From the NCBI RefSeq assembly GCF_964213995.1, contig NC_135801.1, forward strand, positions 134,354,001 to 134,418,000: a stretch of DNA of 64,000 nt, in the 5' to 3' direction. The stretch comes from Mustelus asterias. Lineage: Eukaryota. The translations under genes and the position numbers were made by a program. Below are positions 37,501 through 47,344 of this stretch, piece by piece; position 1 is the stretch's first letter; every line of letters starts with the position of its first letter. The notes beneath the pieces are model-generated. The model did not search any database. It had not been told where the DNA came from and saw only the letters and a list, made by a program, of their open reading frames with translations.

Positions 37501-40411
37501 AGGTAAACATCACATTAGATATATACTACACATGCTATATACCACACATACTCACTCAACAATGGCAAAATTCTTATTCATTGCCAGCAATAACATATTC
37601 ACAAATATTGTTCCAATGATTATTAAATTAAAAGATGTAATTACATGTTAAGGAAAAGTGATCAGAGTTCATTCAACAAATATACACATTTAAAAAACAA
37701 TTTAAAAATGTTGACAGCAATTCAGGACAATTAATCCATTGGTGAGTATGTCGCATAATTTTCCTGGACAAACATTTAATTATCAAAATTGAATGTTCCT
37801 GAGTTGTCTAATGATGGCAGAACACTTGGTCTAATGTGTTTTTAGTACAGTATCGATAGATAGGTATTATAACAACAATGGGCCAATCTTATGGTTTCGC
37901 CCGTCCATCGTTCGGCAAGGCGAGGTGGTAAGATTGGGTGAGGGGTAAAAATTTCAGTTCGTGCCTGGTTTCTCGCCTATTCCAATCATACGGCTCTGTT
38001 ATGGCAGCGAGATCAGCTTTGCACCCAGAAAAGGCGCAAAGTCAATTTCAATATTAATGAAATGCTTGGCATGTCATTAGTGAGTCCTGGATGCTATCGT
38101 ATGGGCTCATTTGAACTTACATACTCACTGGTCAAGTTTCTCACCGGCGAGAATTACAGCTCGTCTCCAGCAGCAGAGACCAGACATGATGGCCATGGCA
38201 GGGGAATCGGACGCAGGGCTAGGCAGTACCTATTGGGCTCCTTGGCACTGCCCACCAGGCACCATAACTATGCCAGGGGAAGTGCCAAGGGGATGGAGCT
38301 TGAGTGCGGGTGGGACCTGAATGGGGGTGGAGCTATGATGGGGGGGGGGGGAGGGAAGAGGGGAGCTCTGCAGGGATAGGAGGGAGGGAACTCTGCAAGG
38401 TAGTGATTGGGGGAGGAAGGGGAACTCTGCAGACAGGGATGATTGGGGAGGGAGGGAACTTTGCATACTGGGGTGATTGGTGGGGTGGTGTGGGTAGCTG
38501 ACACAGGGGGCGATCAGTGGGGGAGAGGGGTTCCCAATGTCTGTGGGTGGGTGGGGGAGGGTGTGGAGGGGGGGGTTGCTGGCAGGAGATCTCCCTGGCA
38601 GATTGGGGCACCTGTGCAATGGCGCCCCAAGAGCTCAGCAGCCAGCTTCTCTGGCGAGTGCCACCACCCCTCCTCCCCCCACCCCCCCGCCGCCCCCCCA
38701 CACCTGGCCTTGCTGCCGCGAATTGCATCCTGGCACTTCTTTTGCACTTAGTGCCATAAGATTGTGACTTGCAGCTTGCCGAATAAACTGGAACTATTCT
38801 TTCCCATTTTCTCACTCGTTCAGCACTTAGAATTATTTTGGTAAGATCATGCCCCATGTTTCTGTTATATATGGCATTGTTAAAGAACCAACAACAACAT
38901 CTCCAATTGGTAAAGTAAAAAAAAGTAACATTTCTGTGTCCAAAGATAATAACTTCCATGGACATTTCAAAAGGCAGTGCTGTCTGTAATGGCAGCTTGA
39001 GTATAAACAAGGTTCTTTAAGATGAAGAATAGTGATATTTTCTGGCCACTGGCTAAGTCAGATAATCTGTACTGTACAGGGAAACCATCTGTATTTGTTT
39101 GCCCATTAAGTACATTCTGGATCATTTGAAAAAATACAATGGCGTATAGTTAGGTCCTGAATCACATTTTTAAAACTGCCGATGTAGTAACTCATAACAC
39201 AAAGTTTATTTTTCTGATCTTGCTGCTGTGGAATGCAATATAAAGTGGCCTTTCCCACACCAGTGGAGTCCTGCGGCACTCTTGAAGAATCAGTTCTTAA
39301 ACATGTGTGTGCTATTAGAAGATAAAATCTTTGAAATTATTCATGCTGGCAGGCTAACACCATCATCGTTTCCAGCATGGGAACAGCTAAGCATATGGCA
39401 CGCTGGATGTTGGGACTTGGGCCTCGATTATATGAAGCCAGCGAACTCCTGGGCATCACTAGAAAACTCACCGGTGAAGTGGATTTCTATCTCAGTTGGT
39501 CCTGGGAGAGCATAGAAAGTGTTCAGGATTTCGAGGTGGGGCTGAGGTGATCAGAAGAAGTGAGGAATAATTGTGAGGGAAGAGAAAGGGGCTGAGCGGG
39601 GGAGGGTGTGTAGAACTAGTTTTCAGCACTGCAGTGAAGCAGGGAGGAGCACTCCTTCACTGCCACACTTTCAGGTAAATATATCACAGAAAACTTAACA
39701 TTTGGGTAATGACCTCCAAATTCAAGCACTCAAGGGCTCAATTTTGCAAAGGATGTCTGAAAATTGCATATGCAGAGGATTGAATGACTCTTTCAGGTGC
39801 AATATCCAGATGTCTATTTTGCTACCTTTATCAATATGATGCAGTTCTGGAATGCAACACTTACTCCACCTGCCATATTGGATGCTCAGATACATGTTTT
39901 GTACCTGAAAAGCATGGAAAAACCCATCTGGTTCACTAATGTCCTTTAGGGAAGGAAATCTGTCGTCCTTACCTGGTCGGCCTACTTGTGACTCCAGAGC
40001 CACAGCAATGTGGTTGACTCTCAACTGCCCTCTGAAATGGCCTAGCAAGCCTCCCAATTCAAGGCCAATTAGGGATGGGCAATAAATGCTGGCTGGCCAG
40101 TGACGCCCATGTCCCACGAATGAATAAAAAAAATAAAAAGAAAGAAAACTACCTTTGTTATAATGACGTTTTATTGTACAGTGGCAGTCTTTCTGTGAAC
40201 ATTTTGAAATTACATAACCTATTTGAATACAGAATGTCAATGTCAAGATAGTCCGAACAAACCACTTTAGGGTAAAAGGATATTGATGTGTCATTGCACG
40301 AACCGCCACTTTTCGCACTGGGTGATTGTGTGCAAACAGAAAGAGAGACTTCTGGCAGCTGAAGCGAAACAAGTACTGGGCATTGAATCTTGTGGCTAGC
40401 ACACAGAAGGT
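4396..40411 (-). CDS. Nav2: Voltage-gated sodium channel alpha subunit, Nav2 (NaCP60E/DSC1-like) class; partial, 11 exons covering the N-terminal region to DII-S4
   Basis: Manual splicing of 11 exons (128, 81, 129, 86, 204, 61, 145, 189, 118, 248, 186 nt = 1575 nt) gives an uninterrupted 525-codon frame with compatible phases and valid splice sites. Motifs include [53 protein letters not shown] and GWNAFDF. The first coding exon and everything 3' of DII-S4 were not found in the window. Confidence 0.9.
4880..7212 (+). mobile_element. Degenerate PIF/Harbinger-like DNA transposon (Myb/SANT NAIF1-like ORF remnant), interrupted by a V-SINE
   Basis: Imperfect TIRs GGGCTAGAAATTG ... CAAATTGAGCCC; remnant peptide [14 protein letters not shown] (about 5624-5665) resembles the K.AHNRRE..TGGG motif of Harbinger Myb/SANT proteins. 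Confidence 0.5.
6039..6335 (+). mobile_element. HE1-like V-SINE
   Basis: tRNA-like head, V-domain (gtggagtttgcacattctccccg...gggtttcctccgggtgctc) and CR1-like tail attctatg. Confidence 0.85.
7338..9042. mobile_element. TIR-bounded non-autonomous DNA element split by a CR1 insertion
   Basis: GGCTGGATCTTGTTG at 7339 and CAACCAGATCCAGCCC ending at 9042; ATTAAT on both flanks. Confidence 0.6.
7504..8486 (+). mobile_element. CR1 LINE, 5'-truncated (RT C-terminal part and 3' UTR)
   Basis: ORF 7530-8141 with SKFADDTK and LVRPHLEYC; ctctatga tail. Confidence 0.95.
9440..9586 (+). mobile_element. LINE 3' end with (AAATC)n tail
   Basis: cttttcactgtatcccaatacatgtgacaataataaatcaaatcaaatc, a typical fish LINE terminus. 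Confidence 0.6.
9772..10019 (-). CDS. Nav2-like exon, end of linker and DII-S1: [10 protein letters not shown]...[10 protein letters not shown]...[24 protein letters not shown]...ESGNT
   Basis: Acceptor tttacctgcag, donor ACT|GTAAGT; 248 nt, phase 1-0; WxCC and ITICI..NTL motifs. Confidence 0.95.
11186..11303 (-). CDS. Nav2-like exon, DI-DII linker: [39 protein letters not shown](E)
   Basis: Acceptor ttattttctag, donor G|GTGAGT; 118 nt open frame, phase 0-1, which exactly bridges the flanking exons. No conserved motif, so the call rests on splice sites and phase. Confidence 0.78.
13745..14785 (+). mobile_element. Old, degenerate CR1 LINE
   Basis: SKFADDT remnant with frameshifts and a CR1 3' UTR. 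Confidence 0.85.
15761..15949 (-). CDS. Nav2-like exon, DI-S6 and start of the DI-DII linker: [39 protein letters not shown]...RRQKALL
   Basis: Acceptor ctcatttcag, donor CTG|GTATGT; 189 nt, phase 0-0. Confidence 0.96.
17578..19405 (-). mobile_element. Young CR1 LINE, 5'-truncated, RT domain in two frames
   Basis: ORFs 18674-19312 and 17934-18677 ([31 protein letters not shown]); (TAAGACCA)n tail. Confidence 0.97.
19474..19618 (-). CDS. Nav2-like exon, DI pore loop: [48 protein letters not shown]
   Basis: Acceptor ctttacag, donor TTG|GTATGT; 145 nt, phase 2-0; selectivity-filter Asp codon at 19500-19498. Confidence 0.97.
20348..20686 (-). mobile_element. HE1-like V-SINE
   Basis: Reverse complement of the tRNA head, V-domain and tail. 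Confidence 0.85.
21555..22240 (-). mobile_element. L2-like LINE 3' fragment
   Basis: cttgcatttatatagtgcctt terminus followed by degenerate ORF2 C-terminal sequence ([12 protein letters not shown]). Confidence 0.6.
22311..22371 (-). CDS. Nav2-like exon, DI extracellular loop: [19 protein letters not shown](G)
   Basis: Acceptor poly-T-acag, donor GG|GTAAGC; 61 nt, phase 1-2; conserved CGN..G.G. Confidence 0.92.
23290..24350 (-). mobile_element. Two CR1 3' fragments
   Basis: [19 protein letters not shown] and LERxQxRFTR motifs; (AAGAACA)n tail. Confidence 0.85.
24814..25017 (-). CDS. Nav2-like exon, DI S4-S5 linker/S5/turret: [45 protein letters not shown]...YIQNK
   Basis: Acceptor tgtttctgcag, donor T|GTAAGT; 204 nt, phase 1-1. 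Confidence 0.96.
26066..26358 (+). mobile_element. V-SINE (HE1-related subfamily)
   Basis: ggcatggtggcacaatggttagcactgctgcctcacag head, V-domain, aataaa tail. Confidence 0.8.
26979..27064 (-). CDS. Nav2-like exon, DI-S3/S4: [28 protein letters not shown](G)
   Basis: Acceptor tttctttattttcag, donor G|GTGAGA; 86 nt, phase 2-1; S4 R/K repeat. Confidence 0.94.
27741..28059 (+). mobile_element. HE1-like V-SINE
   Basis: Full head, V-domain and (attctatg)n tail. Confidence 0.88.
28514..28832 (+). mobile_element. HE1-like V-SINE
   Basis: Full head, V-domain and tail. Confidence 0.85.
29094..29428 (+). mobile_element. tRNA-derived SINE, second family, with LINE-derived tail
   Basis: A/B-box-like tggcccaatgg and ggttcaaatcc; tail agggatgggcaataaatg shared with 39917-40137, 23110-23180 and 53300-53370. 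Confidence 0.75.
29945..33510 (+). mobile_element. Old CR1/L2-clade LINE carrying two nested CR1 insertions
   Basis: Degenerate EN/RT frames ([11 protein letters not shown]-like, KAMGPDNI) at 29945-31435 resume at about 32735; CR1 (+) at 31440-32730 is itself split by CR1 (-) at 31907-32390. Confidence 0.8.
34870..34998 (-). CDS. Nav2-like exon, DI-S2/S3: [42 protein letters not shown](A)
   Basis: Acceptor tttatctgtttag, donor GC|GTAAGT; 129 nt; hallmark [11 protein letters not shown]. Confidence 0.96.
35499..35781 (+). mobile_element. V-SINE (HE1-related subfamily)
   Basis: tRNA-like head and V-domain; same tail as 26066-26358. Confidence 0.8.
37556..37636 (-). CDS. Nav2-like exon, DI-S1: [26 protein letters not shown](D)
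   Basis: Follows the U12 branch site and AC; donor GA|GTGAGT; 81 nt, phase 2-2. Confidence 0.92.
37637..40283 (-). other. U12-type (minor spliceosome) AT-AC intron
   Basis: 5' end ATATCCTTTT (40283-40274); branch site TTTTCCTTAAC (37657-37647); terminal AC at 37638-37637. Removal restores the frame (CA|A = Gln). Confidence 0.95.
37880..38854. mobile_element. Non-autonomous TIR element with internal G-rich minisatellite, inside the U12 intron
   Basis: GGGCCAATCTTA ... TAAGATCATGCCC termini; terminal region homologous to 2025-2075. Confidence 0.7.
40284..40411 (-). CDS. Nav2-like channel exon (N-terminal region): [42 protein letters not shown](Q)
   Basis: Acceptor tttttatttttgcag; ends at the U12 donor ATATCCTTTT; phase 0-2; resembles the Nav2 TFCVVSKRF...RF...SLFLF motif. 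Confidence 0.93.
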
Positions 40412-40876
40412 CTGCAAAAATAAAAAGTAAAAAATGAGAAGAAACTTCAACAGCTGTCCAGCATTTGTAGTGGATTATTGAACAAAGGACTAAGCAAACA
40501 TTTCCGATATTATGTCAAGTTATCAGTAGAACACCCATTAGGGGCAATTCTCCTTCAACAAATGTTTGTAAATCTGGATCATTTGGAGTATATATAATTA
40601 AAACTCCTAACTCTACTGCATATTCAATGTGCACGCAAATATACACCTTATTTTATGTTGGGTGTAATTCAACTTAATTTACCTTTGCTGCTGGAATTCC
40701 TTTTGGCAGACAGCTGCTTGTACAGTTGAGAAGAACCAGATATCTTAACAATAACAAGTACGACTAGAGTTCTTTCCTTGGTATACTTTTCAAATGAATG
40801 TTCAGCTGCGTTTGTGGATTTGTTTAATATGATGACTAACGTGCAAAAATTGCATTTCAGGATTTTTATATACAGA

Positions 40877-41200
40877 TGTAGGAGGTCTTGTGTCACAGTG
40901 GGTAGCATCCCTGCCTTTGAACCAGAGGCTCCGGTTTTGAATCCCACGCCAGGACTTGATAGCCAAGGAAGGTGCGTCTATAACGTGGCCAACTGGTTGA
41001 GCATGAACCTGCAAAATCCTTCCAACACACCAATGGCAGGCGGTAAGAGCGGGAGAGACTTCTGATAACCATACTTGATGTAGAGTGGTGCCCCGCAAGC
41101 TATAAGCCTCTGGTGACTGACTAGCGACCTATTCCAGGAAAAGCCTCGTTATGGGAACAGATGAAAGTCTGCCTTGTGCAGCATTTGGTGCGGGAAGACC
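40877..41200 (+). mobile_element. tRNA-derived SINE, third family
   Basis: tgtgtcacagtgggtagc ... ggttttgaatccc A/B-box-like head. Confidence 0.55.
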
Positions 41201-42038
41201 AACAACCACAAATGTACAGATTTAAATAGCTGTGTAAATCGCTTTGGCAAAGGCAGAGGCAAGAATAAACAGGGTTACTTTTACCCTGAATACAATTTAT
41301 GAAGTGATAGGTATAAAGCATTATAAATATTATATCACCTTCTCATGGACAACCAGGGATGGGCAATAAATGCTGGCCAGCCAGTGACACCCATGTCCCA
41401 CGAATGAATTAAAAAATTATAGCCATCTTTCATACAAGCATCACAAATATAGCAATCTCTAGTATTTTTCATGATCAGTAAAATGTATGAAATTATTTTA
41501 TGTTACATTGAGGCAGCTGTAGGACTATAGCAAATATCCAGAATGGTGTGTGGGTGTATAATCCGTGGAATCATTTAAGAAATAATTAGATGTCACAAAG
41601 GGGGAACTGCAGAGTCTTTTTGCATCGATTATTCAGCCAAATGGTAATCATTAATAATTATCTGATGATCAAATTAATCACCAATGTGCTGGGGAAGATT
41701 TATTATCTTCAATAAAGATCTCACTATGCAGCAAGCATGGTTGTCTTGGCATAATGACGAGAGAATTACAATGTTTTTGGGATAATATACAACTAAACAT
41801 CAATGTTAACTTTGATGTAGCATCACCAATAACTTTGATAATAATGAAGCAATGAAGAAAGGTGTGTCTGTAATTTAATGCAGCAATTTCACTCAATGTG
41901 TGGATTTTCCAGAGACATTTTTGATCAGAGTGAGAACAAATTATAATTGTTCTTTAGAAACACCATCAGTCCTGAAAAATCAGGTATAAGGCCTTTGTTA
42001 AGTCTTTAAAATATATCTCCACATATTAATACTCATTC

Positions 42039-42968
42039 TGCAGACGACACAAAGATAAGTGGAAAAGTGAATCGTGTGGAGGACGGAGAAGATCTGCAGA
42101 GAGATTTGGACCGGCTGAGTGAGTGGGCGAGGATATGGCAAATGGAGTATAACGTTGATAAATGCGAGGTTATACACTTTGGAGGAAATAATAACAAATG
42201 GGATTACTATCTCAATGGAAACAAATTAAAACATGCTACCGTGCAAAGGGACCTGGGGGTCCTTGTGCATGAGACGCAAAAGCCCAGTCTGCAGGTACAA
42301 CACGTGATCAAGAAGGCAAATGGGATGTTGGCCTATATTGCGAGGGGGATAGAATATAAAAGCAGGGATGTCTTGATGCACCTGTACAGGGCATTGGTGA
42401 GGCCGCAGCTGGAATACTGTGTGCAGTATTGGTCCCCTTATATGAGGAAGGATATATTGGCATTGGAGGGAGTGCAGAGAAGGTTCACCAGGTTGATACC
42501 GGAGATGAGGGGTTTGGATTATGAGGAGACGCTGAGGAGATTGGGTTTGTACTCGTTGGAGTTTAGAAGGATGAGGGGGGATCTTATGGAGACTTATAAG
42601 ATAATGCGGGGGCTGGATAGGGTGGAGGCGGAGAGATTCTTTCCACTTAGTAAGGAAGTTAAAACTAGAGGACACAGCCTCAAAATAAAGGGGGGTCGGT
42701 TTAAGACAGAGTTGAGGAGGAACTTCTTCTCCCAGAGGGTGGTGAATCTCTGGAATTCTCTGCCCACTGAGGTGGTGGAGGCTACCTCGCTGAATATGTT
42801 TAAAGCGCGGATGGATGGATTCCTGATCGGTAAGGGAATTAAGGGTTATGGGGATCAGGCGGGTAAGTGGTACTGATCCACGTCAGATCAGCCATGATCT
42901 TATTGAATGGCGGGGCAGGCTCGAGGGGCTAGATGGCCTACTCCTGCTCCTATTTCTTATGTTCTTAT
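42039..42968 (+). mobile_element. Young 5'-truncated CR1 LINE with uninterrupted ORF2 C-terminus
   Basis: Begins at ADDTK; 269-aa ORF 42067-42876; (CTTATGTT)n tail. Confidence 0.97.
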
Positions 42969-43044
42969 GATATGCAAGGCCAGAGCTGAAAGAACAGGGA
43001 TGTCGATTCATTAACCATCCCTACGAAAACAAAAAGAAAGTAAG

Positions 43045-44385
43045 AAACAAAATACTGCGATGCTAGAAATCTGAAATGCTGACAGAAAATGCTGGAAAAA
43101 CTCAGCAGGTCTGGCAGCATCTGTGAAGAGATAAACAGAATTAACAGACAGAGTTGAATTCTCTGAACTGGGAGACAGGTCGCCGTAAAATGGGGCAGAA
43201 ACTTGCAGGGTGGAGATCCCATCACCTCCCCAACAGCCCCCCCTCCATTAAATCTGGGATGGAAAGGGTGTAGGACCATCTGCCCACCTTGAGGCCACTT
43301 AAGGACCTCATCCTGCTGCTACTGGTATTCTATAAGTGGTGGGTGAGGACTATGTCAAGCCTCCAGGTAAACTCTGGCAGGTGTGCCTGAGGCCTGGTGG
43401 AATTTCCCTCCGTCATGCATGAAAGAAGTGCAAGTGAATCACTGTTTCATCTGGAAAGAGTGTTTGCAGCATGGGCAGAGGAGAATGGTGGTGAATGGGG
43501 TCTGGTTGGATCTCTGTTCAAGCGGAGAGCTCGCAGAACATCCTGGTAGGTGATGAATGTTTGGAGGGATTGGATATTCGTGGTAAAGAGGAGACAGTTA
43601 AGGCAAGGAAACTGGAAACGCTAAAGTTAATGAGAGCATCAGAAGAGTCACTGATGTAAGTGGAAAGAGACTTGACAGGGGAAGAGTAAAAAGAGTCATG
43701 ATAGGAAAAATTCAGTTTAGTGGGTCAGTAGAAGGATGAAATGATGGGTCTACCGAGGTAGTCCTGATAGTTATTCATGGGAAGGTGATAGAAATAGGTG
43801 GGCTGGGGTTGCACCAATGAGGGCTAGAAGGTGTGAAGAGAAGATCTCTAGAGGATCTGAGGTCAGTAACAGTCTTGGGAATGATGGCTTGATGCTCAGT
43901 GGCAGGGCCATAGTGCAGGAGCAGGTCGGAACAAGTGTCAGAGATTCAGCATGGAGCCTCTGCTTGGTAGAGGCTGCCCAACAACACCAACACCACCTTT
44001 GTCAGCAGAGTTAATAACAATATTAAGGATGAATCTAAGAGAATAGAGGGCAATAATTTCAAAGTGAACAAGGGGAGCGGAAAAAAATGAGATGGCAGAA
44101 TGTCACTCTAGCAGTTTTCAGTAAAATGATCTGGAGAGGGAAAGATGCCAGAAAGGTTCAGCAAGAGGGAAGTTTTGAAGACATCTGAATCAATTCACTA
44201 TGGGTGGATGGGAAGACGCCACGCCAAAGAAGTGGGCGTGGTGATGAGGGCTATGGAAGAAGTCTCAGAATTCATTGATGAAAGTGAGGATGGACCTTTC
44301 AGAATTAGGGAGGACCAGGTCAGAGGGTGTCATGAACGTATGTTTAGCGATGAGATTGGAAGAATGGATTGGGACAGAGGAAAGT
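43045..44385. mobile_element. Degenerate Penelope-like retroelement remnants
   Basis: aaatgctggaaaaactcagcaggtctggcagcatctgtg block (also at about 10100, 23860 and 59100) and decayed RT/GIY-YIG-like sequence on the minus strand; recognised by pattern only. Confidence 0.45.
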
Positions 44386-45984
44386 GAAATGGAAGGAATA
44401 TAACATACATATAGTAAAGCCATCAAATTATATGTAGGTCTTTGGAATGAATGGGATTTCTGGAGTAAATAGTTATATCTAATACTACTCTTACCATAGC
44501 TACTTGAGATGTGCTTAAGGAGCTTTATAATAATGATGCCACTCAGGAGAGAATGTGGAGAATCTGCGAGGTGAGCAATGTCTCTGTCCCAGTGCTTTGT
44601 AATTTGTGTACAGTTGAGTATGCAAATGACGATTACTTTGAAAAACAATGTTTGTCCCTAGCCAGATCTCTTGTGAAGAGTGGGACACCCAACATCTTCC
44701 AAGATGACCCAACAATAGCAGAGGCTACTGATGTGAATATACTGGGAAAAGAAATAGGAAGGCCATAACTGATACTCATACCTGATTGGAAAGAGTGCAG
44801 AAGAAGTTTACAAGAATGGTTCCAGGGGTGAAAAACTTCAATTATGAGAATAGATTGGGGAGGGTGGGACTTTTCTTCTTGGACGAGAAGAAGGCGAAGA
44901 GATTTGATAGGGCTGTTCAAAATCATTAGATCGGGAGAAATTGTTCCCACTCATAAAAGGATCAACAATGACAGACTTAAAGTGATTTTCAAAAGAAGCA
45001 AATGTGATGTGAGAAAAACTTTTCCTATGTGGGGTTCGGGGGATGTGGCATGGGTGGGATTGTGATCGGTGCAGACTCGATGGGCTGAATGGCCTCCTTA
45101 TGTACTGTAGGGATTCTATGGATTCTACACAGGGAGTGGTTCTGGTCTGGAATGCACAGCCTGGGGGTGCGGTGGAAGCACATTCATTTGAAACATTCAA
45201 GAGGGCATTCAATGACTATTTGAATAGAAACATGGGGAAAAGGCAGGGGAATGGTACAAAGTCATGATGCTCATTTGAAGAGCTGGTGCAGACATGATGG
45301 GCCAAATGGCCTTTTTCTGCACCGTAACAATTCTGCGATTCCTCACAAGTAAGTGAGCAGCTCTTTTTGCAGACTCTTTGAAGAAAGATTAGCCAGATAT
45401 AGTTAAAACATGGTGACAGAATTGTGTTATATCAGGAGGACTGAATTAAATGCTTAAAAAGTTACAGATACTAGAGCATCTTGGGGATTTCTAATTTAAT
45501 CTTGCTCCAGCTAATGTAAGCAGTTAAGGATGACATGCTTCTGATGTCCTGAGGAGTTATAGGTATGTGATTTATATTGTTATAATTGGTACATAATCTC
45601 ATATACACTACATTTAAAGGGTTTGTTTCTTTGACTTGATTTAATAAAGAGTGTTACCCAAATGTTTCAATAAAATTATAAGTCCCCAAATTTGTATTAG
45701 AGGCAAAGAGTATGTAACAACACACAATAATATCGTCACATAAAGACAGTCGGGGTATTCTATATAAACCCAAAATCAACCAGAAATAAGTTGTATTTAT
45801 AATGTGTGTTCCACAACATCAAAATGTTCTAAAATACTTCACAGACAATGCATTTGTGCGCTGCTGAAGAACAACAACTACTTACCACTTAATGTGGTAA
45901 AATATGTTAAACTGAAACACAAGATGTTTTCAAACAAAATTTGACACAGCACCACATCAGGAAATGTAAAAGGAAAGGTTTGTA

Positions 45985-46543
45985 TTTATATAATGCCTTT
46001 CATGATGTCCCAGAGTTTTGAAGTGTAATTGCTGTGTAAAGTAGGAAAAGTGGCAGACAATTTGCACACACAAAGCTCCCAAAAACCGCAATGGGATAAT
46101 GGCCAGATAATGGCTGGAATTCTCTGGCCATTCTCGCTGGCGGGATTCTCCGGTCCTGCCTGCAATCCTCCTCCCCTGCGCGTTTCCCGCTGGCATGGGG
46201 TGATGTTAATGGGAATTCCCATTGACAGCAGCGGGACCAGAGAATCTCGCTGCTAGCAAACAACGCGCTACCTCCCGCCGTCGGAAAACACACGGCCAGG
46301 AGGCTGGAGAATCTCATCCAATATGTTTTAGTGATATTGATTGAGGGATAAATATTGACATCAGGGATAATTCCCTGTTCTTCTTCAAAAAGGTGACATG
46401 GGATGTTTTATCTCCACATGCAAGGCATCTCCGACAGTGCAGCACTCGCTCCCCTTGACTTTTGTGCTCAACTTCTGGAATGGAACTTGAACTTGGAACC
46501 TTGTCATTTAGAGGTGAGAGTGCTAACAACTGAGTCACAGCTG
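45985..46543 (-). mobile_element. Deu-domain SINE (SacSINE1/AmnSINE-like) interrupted by a short MITE at 46112-46319
   Basis: Minus-strand tRNA-like head, gtgtgcaaattgtctgcc core and aaggcattatataaat tail; MITE ends ggctggaattctc / gagaatctcatcc. Confidence 0.6.
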
Positions 46544-47242
46544 CTGCAGACGTTCAGATGACGAAAGATGTCAAAGAGAAAGATATTAATAGTGCCCTAA
46601 AGGAGGAATGGTAGGAAGCAAGGCAGAGAGGTTTAGCCAGTTAAATCCAGAGCTTGGGGCCTAAGCTGCCTAATGCCTGCCACCAACAGTGGTGTGATTA
46701 ATATTGCTTAGGAAGGGAGAATTAGAGAAGAGCAAAAGTCGAGTTATAGAGAAAGGTAGGGTATGAGGCCATGGAGGGACAATGACATGAACAATATAGA
46801 TTTTTTCATCTGTTTATTACACCAAAAACAATTTTAATTGCCACTTTGTTTTGAAAAGAAAATGTGTTTTCTTCTTCTAAGTTGTACCCACAGCTGTCAG
46901 TAGAAATATTCAAGAAATCAGCATTGGAAAAGTCAGTTATCTCAGAGAGTTGAGGTGTTGGAAAAAAATACGGAGATAAGAGGTCGAGTCCATGGAAGGA
47001 TTTGAAACAAGGGCCCAGATTTTCGCACCCAGGTTGGGTGCTCAGTGTTGGGAGAATTTGGGAGGCGGCAGAAATGGCTGCCTGCAGTTCTGATCTTCAT
47101 TTTAGGTGGTGGTGGTTGAGGGTGGTGGGATGGGGGGGTGGGCTGGAGGTAGTGTTGGTGGGGTAGTGGGAGGAGCTGGACGGACTGGATTAGAAGTAAG
47201 TCCATCACCCACAGAATGAATGCCGAGGCTGCTGGATGTGGA

Positions 47243-47344
47243 GGAAGGACTGCCTTTGTGGAAGGACTGCCTTTGTGGAAGGACTGCCTTTGTGGAAGGA
47301 CTGCCTTTGTGGAAGGACTGTCTAGGCGGAAGGTCTGCCTTTGT
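47243..47344 (+). repeat. 17-bp minisatellite (GGAAGGACTGCCTTTGT) x6
   Basis: Four perfect and two variant adjacent units, no spacers. Confidence 0.95.

Noticed and set aside
39722-40450. 242-aa ORF as a single coding unit
   Set aside because: Only 40284-40411 is channel-like; the rest is read-through into the AT-AC intron and a SINE.
40445-40600. DPDL...GELP and PLFNNPLQMLD peptides as the missing Nav exon 1
   Set aside because: They are in different frames with stops, and there is no splice donor before the 40411 acceptor; likely chance.
45517-45532. Minus-strand TCCTTAAC followed by AC as a second U12 acceptor
   Set aside because: No matching upstream U12 donor was found and all downstream frames close quickly.
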